Shown: positions 1 through 9,013, numbered from the stretch's first letter. The stretch: 31,883 nucleotides of DNA from a virus (IMGVR_UViG_3300033562_000310:1-31883), one strand, 5' to 3'. Numbers and translations are program-made. Notes: a model not told the origin generated them from the sequence alone.

Positions 1-132
1 AAGGCATCAAACGATTTTACCGAACACTATGGCAGACTTTACATATGCCCATTTTGCAAAGAGAGTCAAATAGGAGTTCAAAATTATTGCAAAGAATGTG
101 GTCAGAAGTTAACTTATTGTGAATTGAAATAG
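1..132 (+). CDS. partial (5'-truncated) zinc-ribbon phage protein
   Basis: Frame 1 reads ...LYICPFCKESQIGVQNYCKECGQKLTYCELK* with TAG at 130-132. The CxxC...YCxxCGQKL pattern is typical of small Firmicutes phage zinc-ribbon proteins. Not in the ORF track. Confidence 0.7.
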   Translation, partial: KASNDFTEHYGRLYICPFCKESQIGVQNYCKECGQKLTYCELK

Positions 133-164
133 TTTCTACTAATACAACAAAAAGAGAGGAAGAA

Positions 165-902
165 ATGATTGAAATAAATAAGATTTACAATGAAGATTGC
201 TTGGTTGGAATGAGCAAGATTGATGATAAAAGTATAGATGCTATTATATGTGATTTACCTTATCAAAGAACACAAAACAAATGGGATGCGATAATTCCTT
301 TTGAACCATTATGGCAACATTACAACAGAATTATAAAGGATAATGGAGCAATAATATTATTTGCAGACGGTTTATTTATGGCTGATTTGATGAACTCAAA
401 CCGTAAAAACTGGAAATATAATCTGATATGGAACAAGGTTTTAACAAGTGGATTTCTTAATGCTAATCGAATGCCATTAAGACAACACGAAGAAATATGT
501 GTTTTTTACAAGAAGCAAACTGTCTACAACCCGCAAAAAGTAAAAGGAAATCCTAACCATAGCAAGGGAAAACCGAAAGATTGTGACAACAATAATTATG
601 GAAGTTATGAATTTGTTGATAATAAAGAATTACAAGGTGATATGAAACACCCTACAAGTATATTGACATTTTCAAAACCTCATCCTTCAGTTATGAAACA
701 CCCTACAGAAAAATCGCTTGAATGTTTAGAATGGTTGATAAAAACATATACAAATGAGGGAGAAACGGTTCTTGACAATTGTATAGGTTCTGGAACAACT
801 GCAGTAGGTTGTTTGAACACCAATAGGAGTTACATAGGATTTGAGTTAGATGAAAATTACTACAACATAGCACAAAAGCGAATAAACGATTTAATAACAT
901 AG
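165..902 (+). CDS. DNA methyltransferase (N6-adenine/N4-cytosine, beta-class motif order)
   Basis: N-terminal catalytic motif IICDLPY (DPPY variant), HPTEK, and C-terminal SAM-binding VLDNCIGSGTT...GFELD. RBS GAGAGG upstream. No cognate endonuclease nearby. Confidence 0.92.
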   Translation: MIEINKIYNEDCLVGMSKIDDKSIDAIICDLPYQRTQNKWDAIIPFEPLWQHYNRIIKDNGAIILFADGLFMADLMNSNRKNWKYNLIWNKVLTSGFLNANRMPLRQHEEICVFYKKQTVYNPQKVKGNPNHSKGKPKDCDNNNYGSYEFVDNKELQGDMKHPTSILTFSKPHPSVMKHPTEKSLECLEWLIKTYTNEGETVLDNCIGSGTTAVGCLNTNRSYIGFELDENYYNIAQKRINDLIT

Positions 903-923
903 TGATTACTAAGGGGGACAAAA

Positions 924-1019
924 ATGTGCGAACAATGCTGCTACAACGTAAATGGATCCTGCACCAGGGAAAACAAGTTCGGATGTACTGAGTGCTGGAT
1001 GGAGACGGGAGAATACTAA
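924..1019 (+). CDS. 31-aa Cys-rich micro-protein
   Basis: RBS AAGGGGG then ATG. Reads MCEQCCYNVNGSCTRENKFGCTECWMETGEY* and fills the gap between two genes. Below the ORF track size cut-off. Confidence 0.5.
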   Translation: MCEQCCYNVNGSCTRENKFGCTECWMETGEY

Positions 1020-1043
1020 CTCCTGTATATGAGAGGAAGATAT

Positions 1044-1349
1044 ATGGCAAAGAGCAACAAGGAAATAAAGTGGATTGCAAATTATTACGGGCTAGATGCC
1101 CAAATGGGCAAAGCGCTTGAAGAAGTGAATGAACTAAAACAAGAAATTGAAACTTATATTGCGGATCCTGAGATTTACAGAAACGCGCAGATGCACAGGT
1201 TGGAAGATGAGGTAGCAGATGTGGAGATAATGCTGACGCAGTTAAAGGTGCTGCTATGCATCTCGGAAGAAGTTGAGACAAGAAAAGAGTTCAAAATCAA
1301 TAGACAACTGAATCGAATATCAGAGGAGGCAAGAAAGAATGAACATTAA
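1044..1349 (+). CDS. MazG-like all-alpha NTP pyrophosphohydrolase
   Basis: EEVNEL...DEVADVEIM metal-binding pattern and C-terminal K..RQ..R. Start moved to ATG 1044, after RBS GAGAGGA. Confidence 0.75.
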   Translation: MAKSNKEIKWIANYYGLDAQMGKALEEVNELKQEIETYIADPEIYRNAQMHRLEDEVADVEIMLTQLKVLLCISEEVETRKEFKINRQLNRISEEARKNEH

Positions 1350-1647
1350 AGACATGAAGGTGTACGTTGCCGGGAAAATAACGGGCTTGGAAAACTTCAA
1401 GGAGGAATTTGCAAAAGCACAAGAATATGTTGAGGGTATTGGGGCTATACCAATGAACCCAGCAAATCTAAGCGGAGGATTCACCTGGGAAGAATATATG
1501 CACGTGTGCTATGCGATGATTGATATATGTGATGCGGTGTTTATGATTCACAACTGGGTTGACAGCGAAGGGGCCAAGAAGGAGCACGCCTATGCAATGT
1601 CAAAGGGAAAACTGGTATTATATCAAAAGCCGATGGGAGGTAATTGA
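1339..1647 (+). CDS. DUF4406-like protein (nucleoside 2-deoxyribosyltransferase-like fold)
   Basis: KVYVAGKITG...MNPA...YMHVCYAMIDICDAVFMIHNWVDSEGAKKE family pattern. Confidence 0.8.
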   Translation: MNIKDMKVYVAGKITGLENFKEEFAKAQEYVEGIGAIPMNPANLSGGFTWEEYMHVCYAMIDICDAVFMIHNWVDSEGAKKEHAYAMSKGKLVLYQKPMGGN

Positions 1648-2087
1648 TGAACAATCAAGAAATAATTGCATATTTTAAAAAATATAAAAAGTTGGACCGC
1701 GAAGTTGAAAGGCTACTTGAACAAAAGGAAATATGGTTTGCAAGAGCTTGCAAGGTTACTCAAACGATAACAGATATGCCCAGAGGAGGAGACGGAGAAG
1801 ACAGCAGGCAAAAAGCGATATGCAAAATGATAGAGTTGGATCAAGAAGCCAATGTTGAGATAGATAAGTTAGTAGAACTGAGAAAAGAAATAAAAGAATT
1901 AATTAATACAGTTGAAATTGATGACTTAAGATACTTGCTTGAGTTAAGATATATAGACGGTAAAACCTTTGAAGAGATAGCGGTATTAACGAATTACTGC
2001 TGGAAGCAAACACACAGGATGCATAGTAATGCTTTGTCATTAATAAAGATGTCCGAAAATGTCCTATTAAATCGTGATATAGTATAA
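1647..2087 (+). CDS. RinA/ArpU/DUF1492-type late transcriptional activator (sigma region 4-like HTH)
   Basis: C-terminal LLELRYIDGKTFEEIAVLTNYCWKQTHRMHSNAL helix-turn-helix; lies directly before the packaging module. Confidence 0.85.
   Translation: MNNQEIIAYFKKYKKLDREVERLLEQKEIWFARACKVTQTITDMPRGGDGEDSRQKAICKMIELDQEANVEIDKLVELRKEIKELINTVEIDDLRYLLELRYIDGKTFEEIAVLTNYCWKQTHRMHSNALSLIKMSENVLLNRDIV
2049..2083 (+). promoter_or_regulatory. putative activator-dependent late promoter
   Basis: Direct repeat ATGTCC at 2049 and 2059 (10-bp period) where a -35 would be, then extended -10 TGaTATAGT at 2075-2083, at the 3' end of the activator gene. This is the usual arrangement for RinA/ArpU-type late promoters. 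Confidence 0.65.
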
Positions 2088-2097
2088 AGTGAAATAA

Positions 2098-2125
2098 GTG
2101 AGTTGAGAAATCAGCTCGCTTTTTT
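2098..2125 (+). terminator. intrinsic terminator-like hairpin
   Basis: GTGAGTTGA-GAAA-TCAGCTCGC (9 bp including two G-U pairs) followed by TTTTTT. Confidence 0.65.
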
Positions 2126-2157
2126 AATTAATCCATAAGAAAAGGAGGTGCAAAGAG

Positions 2158-2715
2158 ATGAACAGCGTGGATCCAATCAGGAACAAAGAAGACATTATAA
2201 ACTTTGTTGAATACCTAAAAGAAAAGAATGAACGTGACTATGTCCTTGCACTTACCGGGTTTTACAGCGGTTATAGGATATCAGACATTCTGAACTTAAA
2301 GGTAAAGGATTTCGTCAATAAGGATTGTTTCTATTTCCGGGAGGTTAAGACTGGCAAGCAAACAAAACTTACAATCAACCCGGCGATTAAGAAAGCGGCC
2401 ATCCAGTACATAGAAGATAATGACCTGCAAGCCAATGACTATATGTTTAAGAGCCAGAAGGGATTCAACAGACCGATAACACGACAACAGGCATATAGGA
2501 TATTAACAGAAGCTGCCAAAGCAATTAAGCTCCAGGGAAACTTCGGGACACATTCGCTGCGAAAGACAATGGGATATCATTACTATAAGCAGACAAAGGA
2601 TGTAGTCACACTTAAACTCATATTCAATCATTCATCTGTAGATGTTACGCTTATATACATAGGCATAACGCAAGACGTAATGAACGAAAACCTGAAAGAT
2701 TTTAAGCTTTATTAA
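2158..2715 (+). CDS. small tyrosine recombinase (catalytic domain only, XerC/D-like)
   Basis: SGYRISD (R), EVKTGK (K), HSLRKT (HxxR), FNHSS (H), TLIYIG (Y). Strong RBS AAGGAGG. Only 185 aa, with no N-terminal core-binding domain. Confidence 0.92.
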   Translation: MNSVDPIRNKEDIINFVEYLKEKNERDYVLALTGFYSGYRISDILNLKVKDFVNKDCFYFREVKTGKQTKLTINPAIKKAAIQYIEDNDLQANDYMFKSQKGFNRPITRQQAYRILTEAAKAIKLQGNFGTHSLRKTMGYHYYKQTKDVVTLKLIFNHSSVDVTLIYIGITQDVMNENLKDFKLY

Positions 2716-2717
2716 CA

Positions 2718-2970
2718 ATGTGACACAATGATATGTTGTAACATAAATAACCACAACAATAATCTCTGGAAAGGTTGATATTGCTAATTATTTGAATTAC
2801 TACCGATATTGTTAATGAGTGAAAAACTTATAAAAAACAGCAAAAACTTAAAATAAGGTTACAAAAAGAATTGATGTTACATTAATAAATATAGAAAGCC
2901 TTTAAACATTGGTATATCAACGGGTACAGAGGCAAACAAAAACGTTACACAATTTCAAGATATGACACTT
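2718..2970. other. structured AT-rich intergenic region, putative recombination (res/dif-like) site
   Basis: Related sites ATGTGACACAAT..TGTAACAT (2718-2744), GGTTACAAAAA..TGTTACA (2857-2881) and ACGTTACACAA-TTTCAAG-ATATGACACTT (2942-2970), plus an imperfect palindrome at 2898-2933. Directly downstream of the recombinase. Confidence 0.45.
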
Positions 2971-2997
2971 TATTATATACAATGCTAAGGAGAACAC

Positions 2998-3345
2998 ATG
3001 GCGAGGGAATTTAGCAAGAAGTTCTATAACAGTAAAGAGTGGAAAGGCATAAGAGATTCCATCTTAAAGAGAGATAAGTATATATGTAATTGGTGTGGCA
3101 ATCCAGCATCAGAAGTTCACCACCTTGAGAGGATAACACCTGGCAACATAGAGAAGATGGAGACACATAAAGCAAGCAACCTTATTAGTTTGTGTAGAGA
3201 CTGTCACTGTAGAGAACATGATAAGCATCGCAAAACATTAATTGATGTTGCTGATGATTATTACTTCGATGAATATGGAAACATACAGAAGCATAGTCCC
3301 CCTATAATTCAAATGGCAACAGCTGCTAAAAGACCGACGGTGTAA
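2998..3345 (+). CDS. HNH endonuclease (packaging-associated, HK97 gp74-like)
   Basis: FYNSKEW...RD.YICNWC...VHH...NLISLCRDCHCREH; immediately upstream of terS. Confidence 0.92.
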   Translation: MAREFSKKFYNSKEWKGIRDSILKRDKYICNWCGNPASEVHHLERITPGNIEKMETHKASNLISLCRDCHCREHDKHRKTLIDVADDYYFDEYGNIQKHSPPIIQMATAAKRPTV

Positions 3346-3398
3346 TCCTTTCTCTTGCCGGACGGTGCCGAGTATAGCAAGGGGTCCAAGGAGGAGAA
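3297..3398. other. probable cos/packaging initiation region
   Basis: GC-richer segment (CCCCCC...GACCGACGGTG...GCCGGACGGTGCCG) between HNH and terS, the usual cos position in HNH-associated HK97-like phages. The exact cut site cannot be determined from sequence alone. Confidence 0.4.
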
Positions 3399-3758
3399 AT
3401 GGAAAGAGATAAGAAAACAACGAAAGAGATAAATCAACTTAGAAAAAGGTTTGACGATATCGCAGAAGATAAGAAGAAATTGGCCTATAGATTAATTGAT
3501 GAAGTGGTTTATATGGGAGAGACTATAAATGAATTGAAAACATTAGTGAAGTTGGAAGGTGTCGTTGTTGAGACTATGAATGGGAATGGATTCATTTCTA
3601 AAGGAGAAAACCCAGCGCAAAAATCATATAACACGACTATAAAAAACTATATGACCAGTATCAAGCAGTTAAACGAGCTGCTTCCTGATTCGAAAACCGG
3701 AGAGGCGAATAAAGCCGGGGAAGCATTAAGGGAATTCATACAGGCAGGCAAAAAATGA
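3399..3758 (+). CDS. terS: terminase small subunit
   Basis: EGVVV...ENPAQKSYNTTIKNY..IKQL pattern; overlaps the terL start. Confidence 0.85.
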   Translation: MERDKKTTKEINQLRKRFDDIAEDKKKLAYRLIDEVVYMGETINELKTLVKLEGVVVETMNGNGFISKGENPAQKSYNTTIKNYMTSIKQLNELLPDSKTGEANKAGEALREFIQAGKK

Positions 3759-5416
3759 ATTATGTGAGAGAGTATCAAAAGCAGATAGACAGTGGCGCAA
3801 TATTAGCACCAGTCGAGATAAAAGAAATCTACAAAAGAATGGTGCTCGAAATGGACAATCAGCCCACAGCGGAATTTTATTTTGATGAAATTGTTGGTGA
3901 ACACGTAATAACATTTATTGAAAAATTCTGCAGACATTATGAAGGAGAGTTTGCCGGCCATCTTGTAGAACTCCAATTATTTCAAAAGGCCTTTATCCAA
4001 AATACATTTGGATGGTTAGAAAAATCAACCGGACTTCGGAGATTCAGGGAATATCATTTTGAAGTACCGAGAAAACATGGAAAATCATTCCTCAGTGGTT
4101 GTATTGCTGTATATATGTTAACTGCTGACGGAGAAGCCGGTGCCCAGATTTATACACTGGCGACAAAACTTGACCAAGCGAAGATTGTGTATGAAGTGGC
4201 TAGGGCTATCATTGAGCAATCACCGGAACTAAAGGCTCTAATCAAATCCACAAGGGAGGGACTTCGGTTTAACTTAACCAGATCAGTCATGAAGGCTCTT
4301 GCAAGCGAGTCAAAAACAATGGATGGCCTCAATGTCCACTTCGCCTGTATGGATGAACTTCACCAAATAAAAGACAGAAACCTTTATGACGTAATTAGAC
4401 AAGGTATGAAAGCAAGAAGACAGCCGCTGTTGGGAATAATAACTACCAGCGGATTTTTACGGGAAGGAATATATGACACTCAACATGAATATGCGACAAA
4501 AGTAGCGCTGAATGTGATTAATGACGATAGATTGTTTCCGGTAATTTACAAACTAGATAATCAGGATGAGTGGGCAGATGAAACGATGTGGGGCAAAGCT
4601 AATCCGGGCCTTGGAACCATTAAATCATATCAACAACTGAAAGACGATATAGAGAAAGCAAAGAATGATTCATCATATCTGCCAACATTACTGTGCAAAG
4701 ACTTCAATATGCCGCAGACGGACGTATCAAGCTGGCTCCCGTTCGAGGCAATCGTAAACGAGGATACATATGATATGGAATCCCTGCGAAATAGTTATGC
4801 AATAGGAGGCTGCGACTTATCAAGCACCACAGACCTGACGTGTGCCACTTTGCTTATAAGAAAGCCGAAGGATGAAAGAGTGTATGTCATACAGAAGTAT
4901 TTCCTACCGGAAAACAGAATTGGAATATTAGATCATACTAAATCAAAAGAAGCACCTTATAAACTTTGGGCAGAACAAGGATGGCTTAAAGTATGCAAAG
5001 GAGCGCAAGTGGATTTTTCGGATGTTACAGCATGGTTTGTTGAGATGTTGAGGGAGTATAATATCCGCCCCCTGCATATAGGATATGACAGAGCATTATC
5101 CGGGTACTGGGTGCCAGAAATGGAGGGTTATGGATTCCAGTTAGAGAAGGTGGCACAGGGACCTTATACATGGTCACAACCCATGAAACAAATGGGAGCA
5201 TCCTTTGCCGAACATAATATAAATTATAACAACAATCCAATGCTCCGATGGTGCCTGACTAATACAGCGAAGAAATCGCTTAATTCCGGCGGAATAGAAT
5301 CAATACAACCCGTTAAGATATCACAGCCACGAAGAATTGATGGAGTTGTATCGCTTTTGAACGCATGGGTTGTTTATAATAATAAATTTGAAGAATATAT
5401 TCCATTTATTAAGTAA
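3755..5416 (+). CDS. terL: terminase large subunit
   Basis: Walker A VPRKHGKS, Walker B CMDELH, ITTSG coupling motif, nuclease motifs GGCDLS and RIDGVVS. Confidence 0.97.
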   Translation: MNYVREYQKQIDSGAILAPVEIKEIYKRMVLEMDNQPTAEFYFDEIVGEHVITFIEKFCRHYEGEFAGHLVELQLFQKAFIQNTFGWLEKSTGLRRFREYHFEVPRKHGKSFLSGCIAVYMLTADGEAGAQIYTLATKLDQAKIVYEVARAIIEQSPELKALIKSTREGLRFNLTRSVMKALASESKTMDGLNVHFACMDELHQIKDRNLYDVIRQGMKARRQPLLGIITTSGFLREGIYDTQHEYATKVALNVINDDRLFPVIYKLDNQDEWADETMWGKANPGLGTIKSYQQLKDDIEKAKNDSSYLPTLLCKDFNMPQTDVSSWLPFEAIVNEDTYDMESLRNSYAIGGCDLSSTTDLTCATLLIRKPKDERVYVIQKYFLPENRIGILDHTKSKEAPYKLWAEQGWLKVCKGAQVDFSDVTAWFVEMLREYNIRPLHIGYDRALSGYWVPEMEGYGFQLEKVAQGPYTWSQPMKQMGASFAEHNINYNNNPMLRWCLTNTAKKSLNSGGIESIQPVKISQPRRIDGVVSLLNAWVVYNNKFEEYIPFIK

Positions 5417-5432
5417 GATAGGAGGTAGAAAA

Positions 5433-6623
5433 GTGCAATTTAGAAATTTCATTAGTTCAATGTTTGGAAACGTCAAAAGACTTGTAACCACAGGATCATG
5501 GAAGGAACTTGGAACGTATGTATCCTCATTTTCATATTTTGGAACTGACATATATGCAAGTGAGATAGTAAGGAGTTGTATACGTACGTTAGCAGAGCAT
5601 AGCTCAAAGGCGAATGCAAAATGTATAGTCAGAACAGAAAAAGAGAGCATAACCGGAAACAGAGCCCTTGAGAAAATGATACAGTATCGCCCTAATGTCT
5701 ATATGAATGGTAAAGATTTTTTATATAAGATTAGAACAAGAGTCGAGATAGATAATACGGCATTTATTTTTATACAACGAAATGATGCAGGTAGATGCAT
5801 AGGTCTTTACCCTTTGCCAAAGGCTTATTGTGAGGCAGTGACTGTTGGACCTGATATATATATCAAGTTTAGGTTTGCCAGTTTAAATGAATTAACTTTA
5901 TCCTGGGAGGATTTGGCGGTTGTCAGGAAGGATTACAACACATCTGACATTTTCGGTGACAATAATAATGCAATTCTGAACACATTGGAATTATTGAACA
6001 CCACAAATGAGGGGCTGGGAAATGCCATTAAATCAACATCAAATCTGCGAGGTATTTTAAAATCAACAAAAGCCATGCTGGACCCAGAAGATGTGAAAAA
6101 TCAAAAGGATATATTTGTAAAAGACTATATGAATATTGCAAACGAGGGAGGAATTGCATCAATAGATAGCACGCAAGAGTTTACCCCAATAACAATGGCC
6201 CCACAAACGGCAAATTATAAAACCATCGAGGAATTACGAAATAATGTTTACAGATATTTTGGCATGAATGATGAAATACTAATGGGAAAAGCAACCCCTG
6301 AACAATTGCAATCATTTTATGAATCAAGCATAGAGGGTTTTCTTATTGCCTTAAGCTTAGAATTAACAAATAAAATATTTACAGACAGAGAAAAAGGCTT
6401 TGGCAATGAGATAATTATTGAGGCCAACAGAATGCAGTTCATAAGCATGAAAGATAAGCTTTCTTTAGTTGGTATGGTAGATCGTGGAGCGATGACTCCA
6501 AATGAATGGAGACAAGTTTTAAATCTGGGGCCTCTTGAAGGTGGTGATACACCTATAAGGAGACTAGATACAGCAACAGTGGAAGATAATAGTACAAAAG
6601 AAGGGAGTGATGATGTTGAATAA
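5433..6623 (+). CDS. portal protein (HK97 family)
   Basis: VRSCIRTLA, RPNVYM, RGILK, GAMTPNEWR..LNL.P.EGGD motifs. GTG start at 5433 after GGAGG. Confidence 0.95.
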   Translation: MQFRNFISSMFGNVKRLVTTGSWKELGTYVSSFSYFGTDIYASEIVRSCIRTLAEHSSKANAKCIVRTEKESITGNRALEKMIQYRPNVYMNGKDFLYKIRTRVEIDNTAFIFIQRNDAGRCIGLYPLPKAYCEAVTVGPDIYIKFRFASLNELTLSWEDLAVVRKDYNTSDIFGDNNNAILNTLELLNTTNEGLGNAIKSTSNLRGILKSTKAMLDPEDVKNQKDIFVKDYMNIANEGGIASIDSTQEFTPITMAPQTANYKTIEELRNNVYRYFGMNDEILMGKATPEQLQSFYESSIEGFLIALSLELTNKIFTDREKGFGNEIIIEANRMQFISMKDKLSLVGMVDRGAMTPNEWRQVLNLGPLEGGDTPIRRLDTATVEDNSTKEGSDDVE

Positions 6624-7203
6624 GAGGGAATACCGACAGATACAAATGCTGCAGCCAGCGCTGACAAAAAGGATTGAATCCGATTACTACGTTGAGGGAT
6701 TTGCAACCACATTTAATAAGCCCTATGAACTGTATGAATATGATGGAGTCAAATATTATGAAACAATAGATAGGCACGCACTTGATTCCGCAGATATGTC
6801 GGATGTGATTATGCAGTATGATCACACCGGAAAAGTAATGGCAAGGCAATCAAATAAAAGTTTAATTCTAGAGGCCAATGATGTTGGTCTTTTTGTTTGT
6901 GCCGATTTAAGAAATTCGGTAGCAAGCAAGGAATTATATCAAGAGATAGCAACAGGGCTTGTCACAAGGATGTCGTGGGCCTTTATCGTTCAAGAGGAAG
7001 CATATAACCGGGAAACAAGAACAAGAACAATCCTGAAAGTAAAAAAAGTATATGACGTGTCCGCTGTTAGCATTCCTGCCAATAACGACACTGAAATATC
7101 TGCTCGTACCTACATAGACGGAGTGATCGAAGTAGAAAAGCGGGAGTCGCAAGAGCAGGAAAAAAAGTTAAACCTAGCAAAAGCCAAAATATTAATCCTA
7201 TAA
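6613..7203 (+). CDS. prohead protease (HK97 family)
   Basis: VEGFATTFN, YDHTG (His), MSWAF (Ser), YDVSAVSIPAN. Confidence 0.93.
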   Translation: MLNKREYRQIQMLQPALTKRIESDYYVEGFATTFNKPYELYEYDGVKYYETIDRHALDSADMSDVIMQYDHTGKVMARQSNKSLILEANDVGLFVCADLRNSVASKELYQEIATGLVTRMSWAFIVQEEAYNRETRTRTILKVKKVYDVSAVSIPANNDTEISARTYIDGVIEVEKRESQEQEKKLNLAKAKILIL

Positions 7204-7213
7204 GGAGGAACAA

Positions 7214-8353
7214 ATGGAAAATATGAATTTACAAAAAGTTATTGAAAGACTTGCAGCGCTTGATACGGAAGTAAGAGAAGCGACAACGATTGAAGTTGTT
7301 GAATCTTTAGGAGTTGAAAAAAACGGACTTCTTGAAAGAAAATCAGAACTTGAAACATTAGAAGCAAGAAAACAAACGGCTCTTGACATTCAGTCAGGGA
7401 AAGTCATCCCAACAGTTATTGAAATAAGAAAGGAAATAAAAGAGATGGAAGAAAGAACATTCGCACCTGAAACAATGGAGTATAGAGACGCATACATGAA
7501 AAACCTTATGGGAAAACCGCTTGACGCAGAAGAAAGAGCGGCAATTACTGCCACTGTAGCAATCCCAACACAGACAATGAACTCAATTATCGAGAAACTG
7601 GAACAGACTTCAATTCTGTATCCGTTTGTAACTAAATCAAATATACCTGGAAACCTTTCACTGCCAAGAGAGAATGTTAAGAACGACGCTTCTTGGGTTG
7701 CTATGGGAACCGCCTCAACTGATTCTGCTGATACATTTGATGCTGTATCGCTTGCAGCTTATAAATTAATTAAAACAATTGAAGTTGGCGCCGATGTTTC
7801 AATTATGTCGGTTCCGGCGTTTGAGGCATTCCTTGTAAATGCGCTTGTTAAGAAGATGAGTAAAGCTGTTGATAATGCCATTCTTAATGGTGTTGGAAAT
7901 ACCCAACCTACTGGTCTTGCTCTTGCTGGACAGATTACAAATACAGGCACATTTACAAAGGCTGGCATGCTGTTCTCCGACCTAGTTGGAGTCATCGCAG
8001 ACCTTCCTTCTTCCGAATACAGAAGAAACGCAAAATTTGTAATGCCATCCGCATTATACTTCGGAGATGTAATCACAGCACTTGCAACTGAGGGAATTGG
8101 CGTTGATATGCAGAACCCACTTGCTTATAAGATTCTTGGTTATGATGTAATCCTTGACGATTATATGACTGCTGACAGCATGATATTCGGAGACCTGTCT
8201 TATTACCACTTCAACTGGGCAAAAGACATCACAATCGAATCTGACGCATCCGTTGCTTTCAGAACTGGTTCCACTGTGTTCAGAGCAATGGCTCTTGCAG
8301 ATGGTAAACCAACCTTGCCAGACGCATTCAACCTTTACACCAGAGCACTTTAA
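7214..8353 (+). CDS. major capsid protein (HK97 fold, with N-terminal delta domain)
   Basis: Coiled-coil N-terminus, AIPTQ, AILNGVG..QPTG, ILGYDV, IFGDLSYY, R..ADGKP. Confidence 0.95.
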   Translation: MENMNLQKVIERLAALDTEVREATTIEVVESLGVEKNGLLERKSELETLEARKQTALDIQSGKVIPTVIEIRKEIKEMEERTFAPETMEYRDAYMKNLMGKPLDAEERAAITATVAIPTQTMNSIIEKLEQTSILYPFVTKSNIPGNLSLPRENVKNDASWVAMGTASTDSADTFDAVSLAAYKLIKTIEVGADVSIMSVPAFEAFLVNALVKKMSKAVDNAILNGVGNTQPTGLALAGQITNTGTFTKAGMLFSDLVGVIADLPSSEYRRNAKFVMPSALYFGDVITALATEGIGVDMQNPLAYKILGYDVILDDYMTADSMIFGDLSYYHFNWAKDITIESDASVAFRTGSTVFRAMALADGKPTLPDAFNLYTRAL

Positions 8354-8359
8354 TTTATT

Positions 8360-8384
8360 GGGGGCTTCGGCTCCCTTATCTTTT
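8360..8384 (+). terminator. hairpin/terminator after the capsid gene
   Basis: GGGGGC-TTCG-GCTCCC (cUUCGg tetraloop) followed by TTATCTTTT. Confidence 0.6.
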
Positions 8385-8398
8385 AAAGGAGGGATAAT

Positions 8399-9001
8399 AT
8401 GGGAGGATTCGCACCACAAAGAGGGTATTTTTTAGACAATGACAACGAACCTAAAAATATAATTGAAAATGTGACTGGAGCCGTAAAAACTACTGAGTCA
8501 GACCACACACTAAATCATATCGGCAGAGGATATAAAGCATTTATAGAATACTCAGGAAGTTTGGCTTCTGGGGCTTCTTTATCATGGTGTCTAACCGGGC
8601 CTACAACTAAATTTGCTCACATTAAGAACTTGATATTAACTGCCTTGGGTTCATCTGCTAAACTTGAAATCCTAAAAGATTCTACAGTAACGCTTGATAC
8701 TGGAAATGAAGTTAGTTTGATAAATACAAATCATAATTCAACAGATGTTCCGGAATCGGTTTTACGAGCTGGACCTACATATGACGCAGATGGAATAGTT
8801 TGGGAAATGGCAGTAGTGCTTATTGATTCCACCGCACAAAACGTTGGTTCTGCAAGTATTAGCGGTGGACTTTATGAGGAAATCATTACTAAGAGTGCTG
8901 GCGAAAAGTACATTGTTAAACTTACTAACACTGGAGCCGATGCACTCACTAAAGCATTCATTAAGTTGTTCATGTACGAAGAAGACGAAGGAATTTACTA
9001 A
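8399..9001 (+). CDS. hypothetical beta-rich virion protein (possible head decoration/fibre)
   Basis: Strong RBS AAGGAGG; 200 aa, Thr/Ser/Gly-rich with a beta-strand pattern; lies between the capsid gene and the head-tail connector. Function inferred from position only. Confidence 0.5.
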   Translation: MGGFAPQRGYFLDNDNEPKNIIENVTGAVKTTESDHTLNHIGRGYKAFIEYSGSLASGASLSWCLTGPTTKFAHIKNLILTALGSSAKLEILKDSTVTLDTGNEVSLINTNHNSTDVPESVLRAGPTYDADGIVWEMAVVLIDSTAQNVGSASISGGLYEEIITKSAGEKYIVKLTNTGADALTKAFIKLFMYEEDEGIY

Positions 9002-9013
9002 GGAGGTGAATTA

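Noticed and set aside
924-1349. Stop-codon read-through fusing the Cys-rich micro-ORF to the MazG-like gene (same frame)
   Set aside because: The stop is TAA, the downstream gene has its own RBS at 1031-1037, and other genes use all three stop codons normally. A shared frame has a one-in-three chance.
7429-7447. Internal start (AAAGGA-N10-ATG) in the capsid gene giving a delta-less capsid protein
   Set aside because: Purine-rich Lys/Glu/Arg codons produce such matches by chance, and the encoded prohead protease already accounts for delta-domain removal.
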